From Zootoca vivipara (Eukaryota): 64,000 nt of DNA. Position 1 is the stretch's first letter; each line of letters starts with the position of its first letter. A program made the position numbers and the translations under genes. The notes beneath the pieces were generated by a model, which was not told the DNA's origin, did no database searches, and was given only the letters and a program-made list of their open reading frames with translations. Of this stretch, positions 12,604 through 26,184 are shown in pieces. The stretch is from positions 29,450,001 through 29,514,000 of the forward strand of contig NC_083290.1 of the NCBI RefSeq assembly GCF_963506605.1, read 5' to 3'.

Positions 12604-15600
12604 CTACCGCTGGGAAGAGCCGTCTGCTTCGTAGCCCTCTGTTTTCATGTCGTTGAGGCCCAGCTCTTCGTTCTGCTCAAACCGCCGCTCGTAGTGCTCC
12701 ACTTGCATCTCCGGGTCTTCCTCAGGAGCGTAAACGTTCTGCGAGCAGCAAGAGGCGGTTGTGTTATACGGGGATACGACACCGAAACCCACCCTGCACA
12801 GCCCACAAGGAATGAATCACCAGCTTTGGGGAGTCCGGGGTGTAGAAGGGCACCATGGCCTGCTCCCTGTTTAGCTCATTTTAGGAAAGGGGTCACGTGG
12901 CTTGTGCAAGGGCCAAATCTAGAGCAGGTGTATATTGAGATCAGTTACATGGAACATGCATGTGGATGAGAGCTATCAGCCAGCACAGGAGGTGGTCTGG
13001 GATGTTGAGAATTGAGTCCAACATTCATCTGGAGAACACCAGGTGTCCCATCTCTGACTTATATACACTTCTCTCTCTCTCTCTTGAATTCTTTTCAATG
13101 CATGCAAAGCTGGGCCTGAGCACAAGCATGCTTGGATTCTCCGGCATTATGTCTGAAGGCACCTGGATATCCGAGGTTTTTCCCAATCTCAAAACACCCC
13201 ACTCATCCTCAAAATCCGGAACACTAAAGCCAAGAAGATTGCAACTTGGCTCAAGCCATTTTCTGTCCTGTTCCTGACATGGATAAGGAAGGTACAGACT
13301 CCTCTGTGGCCCTGTAAACACCCCTGTTGTAACCTCCGCTCCTCCAGCATTCCCATCCTCCACTGTCCGGAGGTCTCCAGCTCTGTCAAATGACTCTGCC
13401 CTTTCTTCCCTTGCTGTCCCGGGTGCTGAGCTGGGTCACATAGCACCTGGGTGGTGCCATCTTAGCCTGTTCTCAGCAGTGTCAATATCTTAGGTGTCTC
13501 ATCATCACCATCATTTTGCGCTCTTTCTCCCCAAGCACTTTGAAACTCAATAGCCAGACACATGCATACACCACAGCCTGTCTTTTTTTAAATGGGCCAT
13601 TCTCAGAACTTTCCTGTTCTCAGGAACCAACATGGCCAGCACTTGCTACAGAACGATCTGCTAAACAGTCCCTTGTTTCTTCCGTCCCAAGTTCACTGTA
13701 CCTGGAGGTAACTGTTCCCTGCAGGGTCATCCAGGACAAAATGTATCCTCAACTGTCCATCAACTACCTGGAGAGAAACAGAAAAGGGATGCCCATCAGA
13801 GAAGGCTTCACAGCCTCTTGACCCAGCCAGAAAATTAGCCCAAGTACAGGACGAGCATCAAGCCAAAGAGCCCAAATGCCCTTCTCATCATTTATTTAGC
13901 TTATATACCACTTGATCAGAAGGTTGGCAGTTCGAATCCCTGTGACGGGGTGAGCTCCCGTTGCTCGGTCCCAGCTCCTGCCAACCTAGCAGTTCGAAAG
14001 CACATCAAAATGCAAGTAGATAAATAGGAACCGCTATAGCGGGAAGGTAAACGGCGTTTCCATGTGCTGCTCTGGTTTGCCAGAAGCGACTTTGTCATGC
14101 TGGCCACATGACCTGGAAGCTATACGCGCTCCCTCGGCCAATAATGCGAGATGAGAGCGCAACCCAGAGTCGGTCACGACTGGACCTAATGGTCAGGGGT
14201 CCCTTTACCTTTACCTTTTACCACTCGATATTAGCAGTCTCAGAGAGAGACCTCAGAGATTATAGTGGGTAGCTCAATGAAGGTGTCAACCCAGTATGCA
14301 GTAGCTGTGAAAGGGGCAAATTCCATGCTAGGAATCACTAGGAAAGGAAAGGAAAATAAAACTGCCATTATACAAATTTATGGTGTGACCACTTTTGGAA
14401 TACTGTGCAGAGTTCTCCACCTCAAAAAAATATATAGTCGTACCTTGGTTCTCGAATGTAATCGGTTCTGGAAGTCCATTCAACTCCTGAAACCATTCAA
14501 AAACCAAGGCACGACTTCCAATTGGCTGCAGGAGCTTCGGACGTTCGGCTTCCGAAAAACATTCGCAAAACGGAACACTTCCGGGTTTTCGGTGTTCGGG
14601 AGCCAAAACGTACGAGTACCAAGGCATTCGAGAAGCAAGATACAAGTACAGTGGTACCTTGGGTTACAAACACCTTGGGTTACAAACACTTCAGGTTACA
14701 GACTCTGCTAACCCGGAAGTAGTACCTCGGGTTAAGAACTTTGCCCCAGGATGAGAACAGAAATCGCACACTGGCAGTGCAGCAGCAGCAGGAGGCCCCA
14801 TTAGCTAAAGTGGTGCTTCAGGTTAAGAACAGTTTCAGGTTAAGAACGGACCTCCGGAAGGAATTAAGTTTGTAACCAGAGGTACCACTGTATTGTAGAG
14901 TAGGAAAAGAGTAAAAAAAAAAAACACAGGCAACCAAAATCATCAAAAAGAGGTGGAGAAACTCCCCTATAGAGAAAGGTTACAGAATTTAAGGTGAATA
15001 AGAGGAGACATTAAAGAAATGTATAAAATTACTCATGGCATGTTGAAAGTAGACAGAGGAAAAAATTCCTTCTCTCATAATGACAGAACTTCTGGACATC
15101 CAATGAAACTAAAGAATATAACTCACACAGTAAACAGCTCACAAATATGAAACATAACTAAAAACCAGTAGGTAAAAAAGGTAAAGGTCCCCTGGACGGT
15201 TAAGTTCAGTCAAAGGCGACTATGGGGTTGCGGCGCTCATCTCACTTTTAGGCTGCAGGAGTCATGTTTGTCCACAGACGGCTTTCCGGGTCTTGTGGCC
15301 AGCATGACTAAACCGCTTCTGGTGCACAGGACACTGACGGAAACCAGAGTGGTACCTAGGTATCTACTTGCACTGGCGTGCTTTTGAACTGCTAGGTTGG
15401 CAGGAGCTGGGACTGAGCAACAGGAGCTCACCCCGTCACAGGGATTTGAACCGCCGACCTTCTGATTGGCAAGCCCGAGAGGCTCAGTGATTTAGACTAC
15501 AGCGCCGCCCGCATCCCATTTACTAAAAATCAGTAGGCATATATCAATAACACCATAAAATCCAGTAAAATTAAAATTTACGAACTACAGTAAAAAAAAA

Positions 15601-18600
15601 TGTACAGAAAAACAGAATACCAGAGAATGCTGAGTTAAAGGCATAAAGAGACACCAAACCTGTTGCAGCTTCCTGCCAAAGGCACAGAGTTTTTCTGCTC
15701 TGTCTGATGTTGAGCTGTCCCCCAGAGTGAATGGGTTCTTTGCCACCTGTAAGAGATGAGTCAGAATTTAGTCCCTGTTCAAAAGCATATCCCCCTCCCT
15801 AAGCCAGTCAGTGACTCTGCTCACATCCAGCAGATTCAATCTTCCCAGTCTGTCACATGAATCCTGTCTCCTGTCCCTCCAGAGACCAACACCTGCTGGC
15901 AAGACCCACATCTGTCTAGAGCAGGCATAGGCAACCTTGGCTCTCCAGATGTTTTGGAACTACGACTCCCATGATCCCTAGCTAACAGGGCCAGTGGTCA
16001 GGGATTATGGGAGTTGTATTTCCAAAACATATGGAGAGCCAAGGTTGCCTATGCCTGGTCTAGAGGAAGGACATTTCTCCAGCTGAATTGCAGCCAACAA
16101 GTCAACTCTAATTTGTTTTGCATTCCTACAGGTTTAAAGGTGTCTCTCCCCACCCCCCCAGCTCTTAATTTAACAGCTTCTTTCCAATATGTTTTTTCAT
16201 TAAGTGCAAGTCGCTTTGTGAGGGCTTTACCTTCCAAGGTAGGATATGCATTTATTTTATTACAAAACTCACCAGGGTCTGGATATCCTTTAGCAATCCT
16301 TCCAGAGTTGTGAATTTCCCACCCAGGGCTCCCATTCCTAGCTCAAATTCAAGCTCTGGAATCTCCACTCTGCAGGTTTCGGACTGCGGAAGGAGGAGGA
16401 CATTTCACTTAGTTTCTGGAGGCAGAAATTTGCAAGAAATGGGCAATGACGAAGAAAACAGCACCACACCTTGAGGATGTCCCTTGTCATGTCTGATGGG
16501 TCAGTCACATGAAGGGTTATCTTGGTCCCCAAAGGCTCTATGGCTCCTCCAGATTTAACCTGTGGACAAGTAGGAAAACTGTAAACCCGGACAGAGTTCA
16601 TCCAAGGAAACATCAACCCTGCCAGACCAAAAGCCTCTCACCTCGTTTGTTCTGTGGCCACAAGCATCACAGTTCATAGCCATGATAATGACTTCTTTGA
16701 AATGAGGAATCTCTGGAGAAGGAGAAGTCAAGGAAACCAGCAAACAGCTAAACTCACATACCTGTTTTACTGATACATATGCAAGACCCACTTCTTTGCT
16801 TTGTCAGATCTCCCAGCCCTAGAACAGCACTCCAAACCACCCTTGACACAGTTCCTCCACCACTAAAAAAAGGAATAAGGTATGTTTGGTTGAACTGCGC
16901 TCTTTGGCCAAGAGCAATGCATCTGCACGCACGCACTTTATTGGCCCCACATGACCAGACTGGAATGTGACATGTTCCTCGTTCACAGACTCAAAAGGAT
17001 ACGCACCAGCTTCATGTTTGTACTGGCTGGAGCATTACATTCGGGACAGTTGGTGCCAAACTGCAGCACCTGGAATACAGGAGAGGGGCACAGTCAGTAG
17101 AGCATGAGACTCTGGATCTCAGATTCCTGCATTGCAAGGGGTTGGACGAGATGACCCTTGTGGTCCTTTCCAACTCTACAATCCTATGATTCTAAGTCCT
17201 TTTCTGTAGGATGACCCCTGCTGGGAACAGGAACCCTCCAGAGGGCGCAGAAGACTCTGCCAAAACCTCAAGGTACTCACTTCATTCTTTAGGTCGTCCA
17301 CAGAGTCAGCCAAGTCCTCCTTGGATTCCTCAGCCTAAGAAAGAACAGAGATGTTGGAATTTGTCTGTTGCACACTCTTAGGACCTGCAGCACGGCTCAA
17401 AGGTCAAGTGCCACATGAACTAGAACGCCATTGCCTAAACACTAAGTTGCGGAGCCTTCATGAATCCACTGAGCCCAGACACGCTCCAACTCGTGCTACC
17501 TCAATTCCAAGAAGAGCAGCCTGCTGAGCAGTTCTCCTGTAGTGGGTCACCACCAGGGCTTCGTCCCTCTGTGGGGCATGAGGGTTTTCCACAAAGCTGT
17601 TGCCAGAGGGGTCATCTAGGATCTGGCAGAGAGAAGGGAAGTGGAAGGGAAGAGCCATTAATAGCCTCTGTTTGCTTCTGCAGGGAACAGTTGGGTGCAT
17701 GCCAGTACTGTATAGGCCAGAGCTCCCCACCCCCCTAAAGGCAGCCCTGTCCTGGTGGTACTTACAAAAGTGAAGGTTGAATCCACATCTTTCAAGCGCT
17801 TCAGTTTACAGATGAATTCCTCGATCTTCTCTGCAACGTCTGGGTGGGTTTCCTGAGTCCAGAAAACAGAAGCAGTTGCTTTTAGCCTCTATTATCCAAG
17901 ACAGCTTGGAAGAAGAACTTGGGAGCCCAACACCACACTTAAAATCCAACACCACAGGCCACAACTCCCCTCACCCCTTGCACTCAAGCAGGGCCAATGA
18001 TCAGGGAGGATGAGAGCAACAGCCGGAGAACCAAACGTTCTTTGCTTTACAGCAAAGAATTTTAAACAAACAAGCACAGAGAAAGCTGCCTTATATCCTC
18101 TGCTTTAGGACCAAGCTGTCTGCTATTTGTCCAGCATCACTTGCTGCATGTTATTGCCAGGCATATTTAACAAGTGAGTTTTTGTTTACCAAAGGGGGGG
18201 GGCAGGTAAGGTGTTAGCCACCCATATTCGGAACTTCTGGGGCCTTTAACAATACTGCTAGAAATATTTGGGACCAGATTTACTAGCTCACAGGAGTGCG
18301 AAAGAGCTGTCCAAACCAAATAAAGGGAGTTCAGTGCTTCTAGGCATTTCTCAAGTTCTGCTTCCCGAAGGGTGACTTCTAAACCTAAAGAAGCCCAAAA
18401 TTCATTTAATATTCTGGCCATGCAGTGAGCACTGCCATAGCAACTGCCAATGCCAGGTATCTTGTTCAATAAGCAAGAAATCATTCAGCAGCTGATGTCT
18501 CCAACACATGCATCTTTCCCCCCAGACAGATGACCCAAAAGCTCCATTAAATGACAGGTCAGCCCATACAAGCAAGAAAGTCCTCCCGCCTGCGGAGCCT

Positions 18601-21600
18601 TTGCAAGCAACTTACCCTGCGGAATGGCTGGTCCTGCTTCAATCCTTCTATGGCTCTCTCAATTAACCCTTCAATGGTGGTAAGAGCTAGTGAGAGATGG
18701 ATAGAGAAAGGGCAGACACATCACTACCCAGCAGTCCACATCCCACCAGTTATATTCTTCCACACTGGCACGCAAAAGTGACTGTTATTTCTAGAAATAA
18801 CGAGGTTGGCTCTTTTGCTGGCTCTCATGGACTGATATCAGTCCATCCTGCCAGCAACCAGATCCTCTACAGCAGGCATCCCCAAACTGCGGCCCTCCAG
18901 ATGTTTTGGCCTACAACTCCCATGATCCCTAGCTAACAGGACCAGTGGTCAGGGATGATGGGAACTGTAGTCCAAAACACCTGGAGGGCCGAAGTTTGGG
19001 GATGCCTGCTCTACAGTGAGCCAAAGACTGGGTAGAACAGGGTAGGGAGGCCCCAACTTTTGCTTTTCAAAAGGCAGCCTGGCAACACAATTCCTTCTCT
19101 GCCTTGTACCCCCATCAATTCCACTGCCCTCCCCACCCCACCCCAGCCGCCCTTAGAAAATAAGAGCAGGTGGAACTCGCACACTGGCAACCACTGCGGG
19201 TGCACAGAACACAGGGTGAGCTGGCATCCCCGTGATTTAACCAAGGAGCACCACTACTTTGGAAAGCAGTCAGCAGTGTCAGCCACCAACATGGATGGCT
19301 TTAGAAGAGGGGTAGACAAATTAATGGAGGAGAAGGCTCTCCGTGGCTACCTGCCGCAGTGGCTACGTTCTCTCTCTGCTGTCGGAGGCAGTAAGCCTCT
19401 GCATGCCAGTTGCATTTGCACTCAAGTCCTGCTTATGGGCTTCCCAGAGGCATCAGTTTGGCTGCTCTGAGAACAGGATGTTAAATGACATGGGTCTCTG
19501 GCCTGATCCAGCAGCCCAACAGTTAATTCTCATGTTACTCAGATCAGGAGAAACATGAGAGCAGACTCTCAGAAAGCAGGAAGTTATCTAGTGGAGATCT
19601 GGATTCTATAGGCTGACTGGGCAGGGGGCTTGACCAAGGGGCTTTCCAGCCCTCTTGTTCAAGCCAGTACAACATTTGCCCCTTCCACACACCCTTTAAA
19701 AGCCCCACAGTGGAAAATGTTCCTTTTCACACCCTCAAACAGCAGCTCCTCCTCCGGAACAGGTCGTCAGGAATGTGCTAGTAGCTCCTTGCATCCCCAA
19801 AGACCAGCTGCCCCAAGACATAGTGAAACGACCATATACCCACCTCCCTTCTGAGAAAAAGCAGGGATTTCAAAGTCTAGCTCGGGGACTCTAGCTGTGG
19901 CACAGTCAGTCTTCACCACTTCCCTATTCATATCCTGGGGAGAATGATTTACAGGTTATACCAGTCTAGAAACCCGGCAGCCCACCTGGTTGGGTGAGGA
20001 CAAGGACAAGCCCAAAGCACACATGAACTAAAGGGAAACACAAGCTGAGTGATAACACCTCCCCCCAACTAACCCAAACCAGAGCAGGGGTGGGGAAAGA
20101 GGCCTTTTGAGTCACCTCCAGCCCACCCCATTCCTTCTGCCTCTTCCTAGAAGCTTGTACCCATGTTACCATTTATCCCTCCCTGGTAACCAGAGATAAA
20201 AGGCTGAGCAAAGCCAACCTTTAAATGTGCAACGGAGACAGGTGGCTGTTAAGTTACCCCACAGCAAATGGCACGAAAACCCAAATGCCTTTCAGGTATT
20301 TGCAAACAGATGTCACCAAAGTATCTCTTCCAAAGAGCAAGGCAGCTGTTTTCCCTTCCAGTTTCAGGATTCCACTTTCAAAGAACATTCAGTGTTACAG
20401 GAAAGAGACCAACCCCTGGCCCTACATGTTTGTATGAAACACTGCCATGGATGTCACACATTTAAAGGTTCCCCCCCCCATCCAGTTACCAGTTAATTCT
20501 AAAGGACAAACTGGACCCAAGTTCCGATCCAGAGCGCACACACCCATTTACTTTGCCCGCATGGTTTGACTGAAAACTGTCTGGGCAAAGAAAAACAGGT
20601 CACCTGACATGATGACATCTGGTGACTGACAGGTGGGTGGCCCCATGCACCTGTCAAAGTTGGCCCATGGGGAGTGGGGGGGGGGAATGTGTAAGGATCT
20701 GGCTGCTGGCTGGATCCGGTTCCCAAACCCTGCTAGATGCCTATGTTATGTTTTTATGCAACCTGGGGGTCACAGGCGTTTTTGAACTCTGCACTGGAGG
20801 AAGGGTGTAAAAGGCATCTCTTTTGGAATGGCACAGTAAGTTTCTGGCACTGATTGAGTGGTTTTCTAGATGTAATCTGGGTTATGGCTTCTACACTGCC
20901 TTGGGTCTTGGAAAGGTGGCTATTAAATCTTTATATAACATAAGATCACACAGAGGGACCTCAAATCTGGATTTCTTTAGTCCGTGATTTCTGCAACATG
21001 ACATCAGCAGCCAGCCCAGCCCACTTGCAGGCACACACTATGCTGCCCTTGTATTGTAAGAAAGCACACTTAATTGATTGAAAGCTTACTTCTCTGCCAA
21101 TTGTGGTTTCTCAAGCCAGATCAGCTTTACAGCGAATCAGTTCTGTGACGCAGTGGATCCAAACGGGCAGGGATGGTGCCAAAACCAATCTTCAAACTTG
21201 CCAAATTTGCTTCTAAAGCAAAATCCAAGGTCCTTAAGCTACCACAGGGGAATGGGGAGCAGACAAACCCACTCACCTGCTTGCTACGCACAGTCAGCAC
21301 ATAGCATACACCTTGATCCTGGATCCGGCCTGCCGACTGGATCTCTGAGTTGGTCGAGCCACATTTATTGCAGGCGAAGGAACTGACAATGATCTCTTTG
21401 AAGAAGGGAATCCTAGTCAGCAACAACCGAGTCACCCCCTAGGTAAGGAAAAGAAGAATAAAGCCCAACTGCAAGGGCTCAGCATCCCAAACATCTGGGC
21501 TGCTGCACAGTCACACTTTGCACCTTTCCCCTTTATATAAAGACACCACAACTTCCCCCTCTGCACCAAAGCTCTGTAACAGACATGCCTTATCCCAAAC

Positions 21601-22356
21601 AAACGCTACCTGCTCCTATTACCCCAGTGCTGAATGAGGGTTGTATATGATAGTCCAATTCGGAGGAGACCCGCTGAAGTCAATGGGCATGACTAACTTA
21701 GGGGTGCTATGTCCAATGGGCTTACTCCAAACAGAACGAAGAACAGTCACCTATCCCCCCTCCCCACCCGAAATTTAATAATGATGTTTAGAAACTTTAT
21801 GGCACCATGGGTGGGTTTTTCTGGGAGGGAGAGACGTCCCTGCCCAGAGGGCAGCTGATTGGAGGCAGGGGGGGGGGGGAGAGAGAGAGAGAAACCAAGA
21901 AAGCAAGGCCTGAGAGGGGTCGCCCAGCACAAGGAAGGGGTTTCTCTCCAGGGGCAGGTCCTAGGAGAGGAGAAATAGGGAAGGAAGCGATGGAAGCGGC
22001 GGAGCGGGGTCTCCATCTTGGCAGAGGCTACTGCCATTAAGAAGAAAAACCTGCGTCCTAGCAAGCCCCCGCGAGAACCTTCTCGTCCCCCTCTTAAGAA
22101 GCTGCCCGGGGGGAAGGAAGTGTCCCACCACCCCCGGAGGACGGTGAGGCCCCACAGCCAGGGGCGGGGAGAGAGAAGGGACCAGCAGAGTGAGGACTAG
22201 CATCTTGGGGAGGCTCACGTTGGAGTGACAGTCCATGCAGAGGGACTCGATCTCGTCCGGCAGCTGCTCCACGTCATCGGCGCTAAGCGGACGGAACATC
22301 GCCGGGGCCGCTTCCCCGCCGCCCCGGACAGGCTCCAGGGTCCCGATAGCCGACAT
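12604..22356 (-). CDS. ZPR1: Zinc finger protein ZPR1, 14 coding exons, 450 aa
   Basis: Exons 22219-22356, 21277-21438, 19844-19934, 18616-18686, 17766-17852, 17500-17622, 17281-17334, 17003-17069, 16642-16712, 16470-16559, 16273-16383, 15660-15746, 13702-13767, 12604-12738 (1353 nt). Two C4 fingers (CMDC...CNKC; CPEC...CDAC), [36 protein letters not shown] at 12190-12195 (-). Confidence 0.97.
13914..14218 (+). mobile_element. Sauria (Squam1) SINE, 5'-truncated
   Basis: GTTCGAATCCC B-box, GGGGTGAGCTCCCG body, (ACCTTT)n tail; flanking near-duplicate TACCACT(T/C)GAT. Confidence 0.9.
14250..15115 (+). mobile_element. CR1 fragment interrupted by two tandem Tigger-like MITEs (about 14435-14646 and 14649-14890)
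   Basis: CR1 ORF2 remnant [11 protein letters not shown]...; second MITE has TIRs CAGTGGTACC...GGTACCACTG with TA duplication; CR1 resumes at 14891. Confidence 0.8.
15178..15517 (-). mobile_element. Sauria (Squam1) SINE
   Basis: Near full-length family sequence; TSD ACTAAAAA(C/T)CAGTAGG at 15157-15172 and 15522-15537. Confidence 0.9.
15922..16057. mobile_element. Palindromic non-autonomous hAT MITE
   Basis: TIR CAGGCATAGGCAACCTTGG; 8-bp TSD GTCTAGAG at 15914-15921 and 16058-16065. Confidence 0.9.
16713..17002 (-). other. U12-type (minor spliceosome) GT-AG intron in ZPR1
   Basis: 5' splice site GTATCCTTT (16994-17002); branch site TTCCTTGAC (16727-16735) about 12 nt upstream of the AG; joins the Gln codon C|AG in MKLVQIPHFKE. 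Confidence 0.92.
18873..19008. mobile_element. Palindromic non-autonomous hAT MITE
   Basis: TIR CAGGCATCCCCAAACT; 8-bp TSD CTCTACAG at 18865-18872 and 19009-19016. Confidence 0.9.
19270..19535 (+). mobile_element. CR1 3' fragment
   Basis: [21 protein letters not shown]2 end plus a 3' UTR like that of the 51200-51490 copy. Confidence 0.7.
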
Positions 22357-22620
22357 GCTTCCCTTAGCAGCAGCAGCAACAGCAGCAGCAGCGACCCAGG
22401 CACGCTTCCGGCAACCCGGAACTTCCACTCAACGCATGCGCATTCTCACGCACACCGCCAGATCCCGCGGCCTAAGTGGGCGCGGAAAGAGGGCATCGGC
22501 TTCGGGTGACGTCACAGGCGTCGTGTGACCGAATCAGTGCGTGGTACTCTCACGCGGGCCTCGCGGGCTTTCCCTAGGCCTCGGCTCGACTCAATAAGAG
22601 GGCCAGCGGGCAGGCAGAAG
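22200..22620 (-). promoter_or_regulatory. ZPR1 CpG-island promoter (ETS, NRF1-like, CRE)
   Basis: CCGGAA motifs at 22405-22421; TGCGCATGCG at 22433-22442 (-); palindromic TGACGTCA at 22507-22514. Confidence 0.7.
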
Positions 22621-23723
22621 TTCAACGGGGGAGAAACCCCAGGGTGGAATTTCTGCCTGCATGGCTGCTGTACTGGAAAGCCAGGCTGCTAGATCCTCCC
22701 GCTGGCGGTTAGACCTCAAAAGGAGGCGTTCCCCTCCCAGTCCGGTGGCAAAGGCACCACCAGGAACCGCCTGGCCGGCTGGGGAGACAAGTCGAGCCTT
22801 TGCCGAGGTGAGCCTGGCAAGGCTGCAAGCCGTTGGGACATGAGAGGACTCGATAGAACCTCCAGATCCAGGGGCAGTCTACCTCTGGATACCACTAGCT
22901 GGGGAGGAGCTGCTTGCAGACATCCTAAAGAGTTGCGCATGCCCAGTGTGGGTGGGAAACTGAGTGCTTAGCTAGACAGGTCCACCTTTGACCTGATCCA
23001 GGAACCAAGCTCTTCCAGTTGGAGGCATGTGGGCGTGCGTGCGCATGTATGGGGTGGGTGTCTGCTTAAAGTTTAATGCCTGGGCCAGAGTGTTCAGCCC
23101 TCCCTTTGCACTGTGGTAGACTGCAGATTCAGACAAAACAAGCGGCAGACCCAGTGGAAATGTTACTTTATTACAGTCAAAAAGCCATTTACAATACAGG
23201 ACAAGGAAGCCAGGGTTGATGCAGAAAGTGTAGCAGCAAAGCTTTGTTCACAGATTCATACTGATCAGACATGCATGCGCACGCACACACATATTCAGTC
23301 GTACCTCCGTTTACCCCTCTGGTTACATAAACTTCGGGATGCACGCATGGCAAACCCGGAAATATTTTACCGGGTTTCACCCCGCGTGCATGCACAGAAG
23401 TGTTAGATGAAGCAGTCCTCTTTGTGGCAACCAAAGCAGAGCTTGGTAAATATTTTGTGCTTTGTTTAGCAACTATTGGAAGGCAATTGAAACCTGGAAG
23501 TTCAGCTGTTCTGCAATTTTAGTCCATTTTTTCATTTAAAAAATAATTACATTTCTATTCCACCTTAATACATCTATACCACCTTAATTACATTTCTATA
23601 CCACCAACCCATCCAAGAATCACAAAAATACATATCATAAGTAACAAGAAAAAATAACACTCCCCCTACGCTGTTTAAAAGGACAGATTGTTTAATTAGC
23701 CAAAGGCTTTGAAAAGGAATGTT

Positions 23724-26090
23724 ATTTTTTTAAATGATTTTTATTGGTTTTATATACACATCAACATCACACATAAAACAAATATTAAAAGAAAAATAAA
23801 AAGAACAAGTAACAAGAAAAATTACAATACAATACAAATAAAGAAACATGAAAATAAAAATACATTTAAACAAATATCAACTTAATTCAACTCTTACAAC
23901 CATTGTTTCTTGTGCTTCCCCAAAACCCTTCTAACTGATTTTCCTTTTCAAATCGTCTTTAGCAGTTTCTTGTTCATTGCTTCAAATATTAATCATCATA
24001 TTATTATTCCTTCTCTTTTTACCTCATTCCTTTAAATTTAATTCATTTATCTTTTTTCCTCCCATCTTATTCTTCCCTAATGCCTTAACAACAAATTATT
24101 CCCATAGATACTCAGTCTTTTATGTTCTAAAATATTTCCCTAAATATAATTTGAATTTCTTCCAGTCTTCCTCCATCATCTCATCTGCTTGGTCCCGGAG
24201 TCTTCCTGTCAGTTCCGCGAGTTCCATAAAGTCCATCATCTTCATTTGCCATTCTTCTACAGTAGGCAATTCATTTTTCTTCCAATATTTCGCAATTAAG
24301 ATCCTTGCTGCCATAGTAGCATACATAAAAAAATTGACATCTTTTCTTGGGATTTCATCCCCAACTATACCAAGTAAAAAGGCTTTTGGTTTTTTCGAAA
24401 ATGTATTCTTCAATACTTTCTTCAACTCATTGTAAATCATTTCCCAGAAGCCTTTTATCTTGGGGCAAGTCCACCACATGTGGTAGAAGGATCCTACCTC
24501 TTCTTTACATCTCCAGCACTTGTTGTCACAATTATGGTACATTTTAGCTAATTTAACCAGTGTCAAATACCATCTGTACATCATTTTCATTAAATTTTCC
24601 TTTAAAACAGTGCATGCAGTGAATTTCATTCCCTTCTTCCACAACCTTTCCCAATCCGCCATCATAATATTATATCCTATATCTTTAGCCCATTCAATCA
24701 TTACTGACTTTGTTTGTTCATCTTTCAAATGCCACTCCAGCAATAAATTATACATTCTAGACACATTTTTACTTTTTGCCTCTATTAATTCTGTTTCCAG
24801 TTTTGATTTCTCTGTCTGGAATCCAATTTTTTATCAGTTTTAAACACTTCATTTATCTGTACATACTGGAACCAATCATCTAATTTATCTTTCAATTGAT
24901 CATATGGTTTTAACTTAAATTGGTTCTCCACTTCTAACAAAATATCTTTGTATTTCAACCAGTTCTCCTCCATGTTTAACCATTTACGTTTCTTTGCCTC
25001 TAGAGGCGAGATCCATCTGGGAGTTTTTCTTTCTAACAAATCTTTGTATCTTATCCACACATTGTACAATGATTTTCTTATAATATGATTTTTAAAACCT
25101 TTATGGGCTTTCACCTTGTCGTACCACAAATATGCATGCCAACCAAATACATTATCATAGCCCTCCAGATCTAGCACATCTGCATTGTCCAATGAAAACC
25201 AACAAAAGGCTGCAGCTTCAAAATAAATTTTTAAGTCTGGCAATGAGAATCCGCCCCTTTCCTTTGCATCTGTTAAAAGTTTGTATTTAATTCTGGGCTT
25301 TTTCCCCTGCCAGACAAATTTGGACAATGCCTTTTGCCAATCTTGAAATCTTTTCAACTTGTCAACAATCGGGAGAGCTTGAAATAAAAATAACATTCTT
25401 GGCAATACATTCATTTTGACAGCAGCTATTCTGCCCATCATAGACAATCTCAACTTTGACCAAATATCTAAATCTCTTTTAATCTCATTCCATAACCTAT
25501 CATAATTATCCTTATATAAATTTAGATTTCTTGCTGTCATATTCACTCCCAGATATTTCACCTTTTTCACACACTTCAATCCTGTACTTTCTTCAACCGC
25601 ATGTTTTTCCTGAGTCGTTAATTTTTTTTCCAATACCTTAGTTTTCCTTTGTTTAATTTAAAACCTGCAACTTGTCCGAACTCTTGTATTATTTGCAGTG
25701 CCCTTACTGCACTGTATTCAGGGTCCTGTAAAGTTAAAACTAGATCATCTGCAAAGGCTTTTAACTTGTACTGTTTTGTCCCTACCGTAATACCTTTAAC
25801 ACCATCATCTCTCCTTATCATATTTAGCAACCTTGTCTAGTTCCTTTTTCAATTTGTATTTCTTCTGAGACCACATTATTTACAATAATTTTAGCTTTTT
25901 GCTCAGAATAAATGCCATTAATACCATTAACAAAGTTCTGATCAACCTCCATTTTGATTAAATTTTGCTTCATAAAGTTCTAAGAAATATTGTCGAAGGC
26001 TTTCTCTGCATCCACAAAAATTAGCATCGCTTTAGTATTTATTTTAACCTCCAACCTCTCCAAAATGTCTATTATATTTCTTATATTGTC
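23724..26090 (-). mobile_element. L1 LINE, 5'-truncated ORF2 (RT and C-terminal CCHC), frameshifted
   Basis: FVDAEKAFD, KLKAFADDL, VKYLGV, GRIAAVKMNVLPR, CWRCKEEVGSFYHMWWTC; AATAAA and A-rich tail at 23724-23745. Confidence 0.95.
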
Positions 26091-26184
26091 TTTCTCTTTT
26101 CTCTTTTCACCTGAAGGTCTGCTTTCCATCAATTAGGCTGGGAAGAATAGGGGAGTCGCCCTTAGACATTCCAATACCCAAATA

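Noticed and set aside
24120-25830. Long minus-strand ORFs as a host gene
   Set aside because: Frameshifted L1 ORF2.
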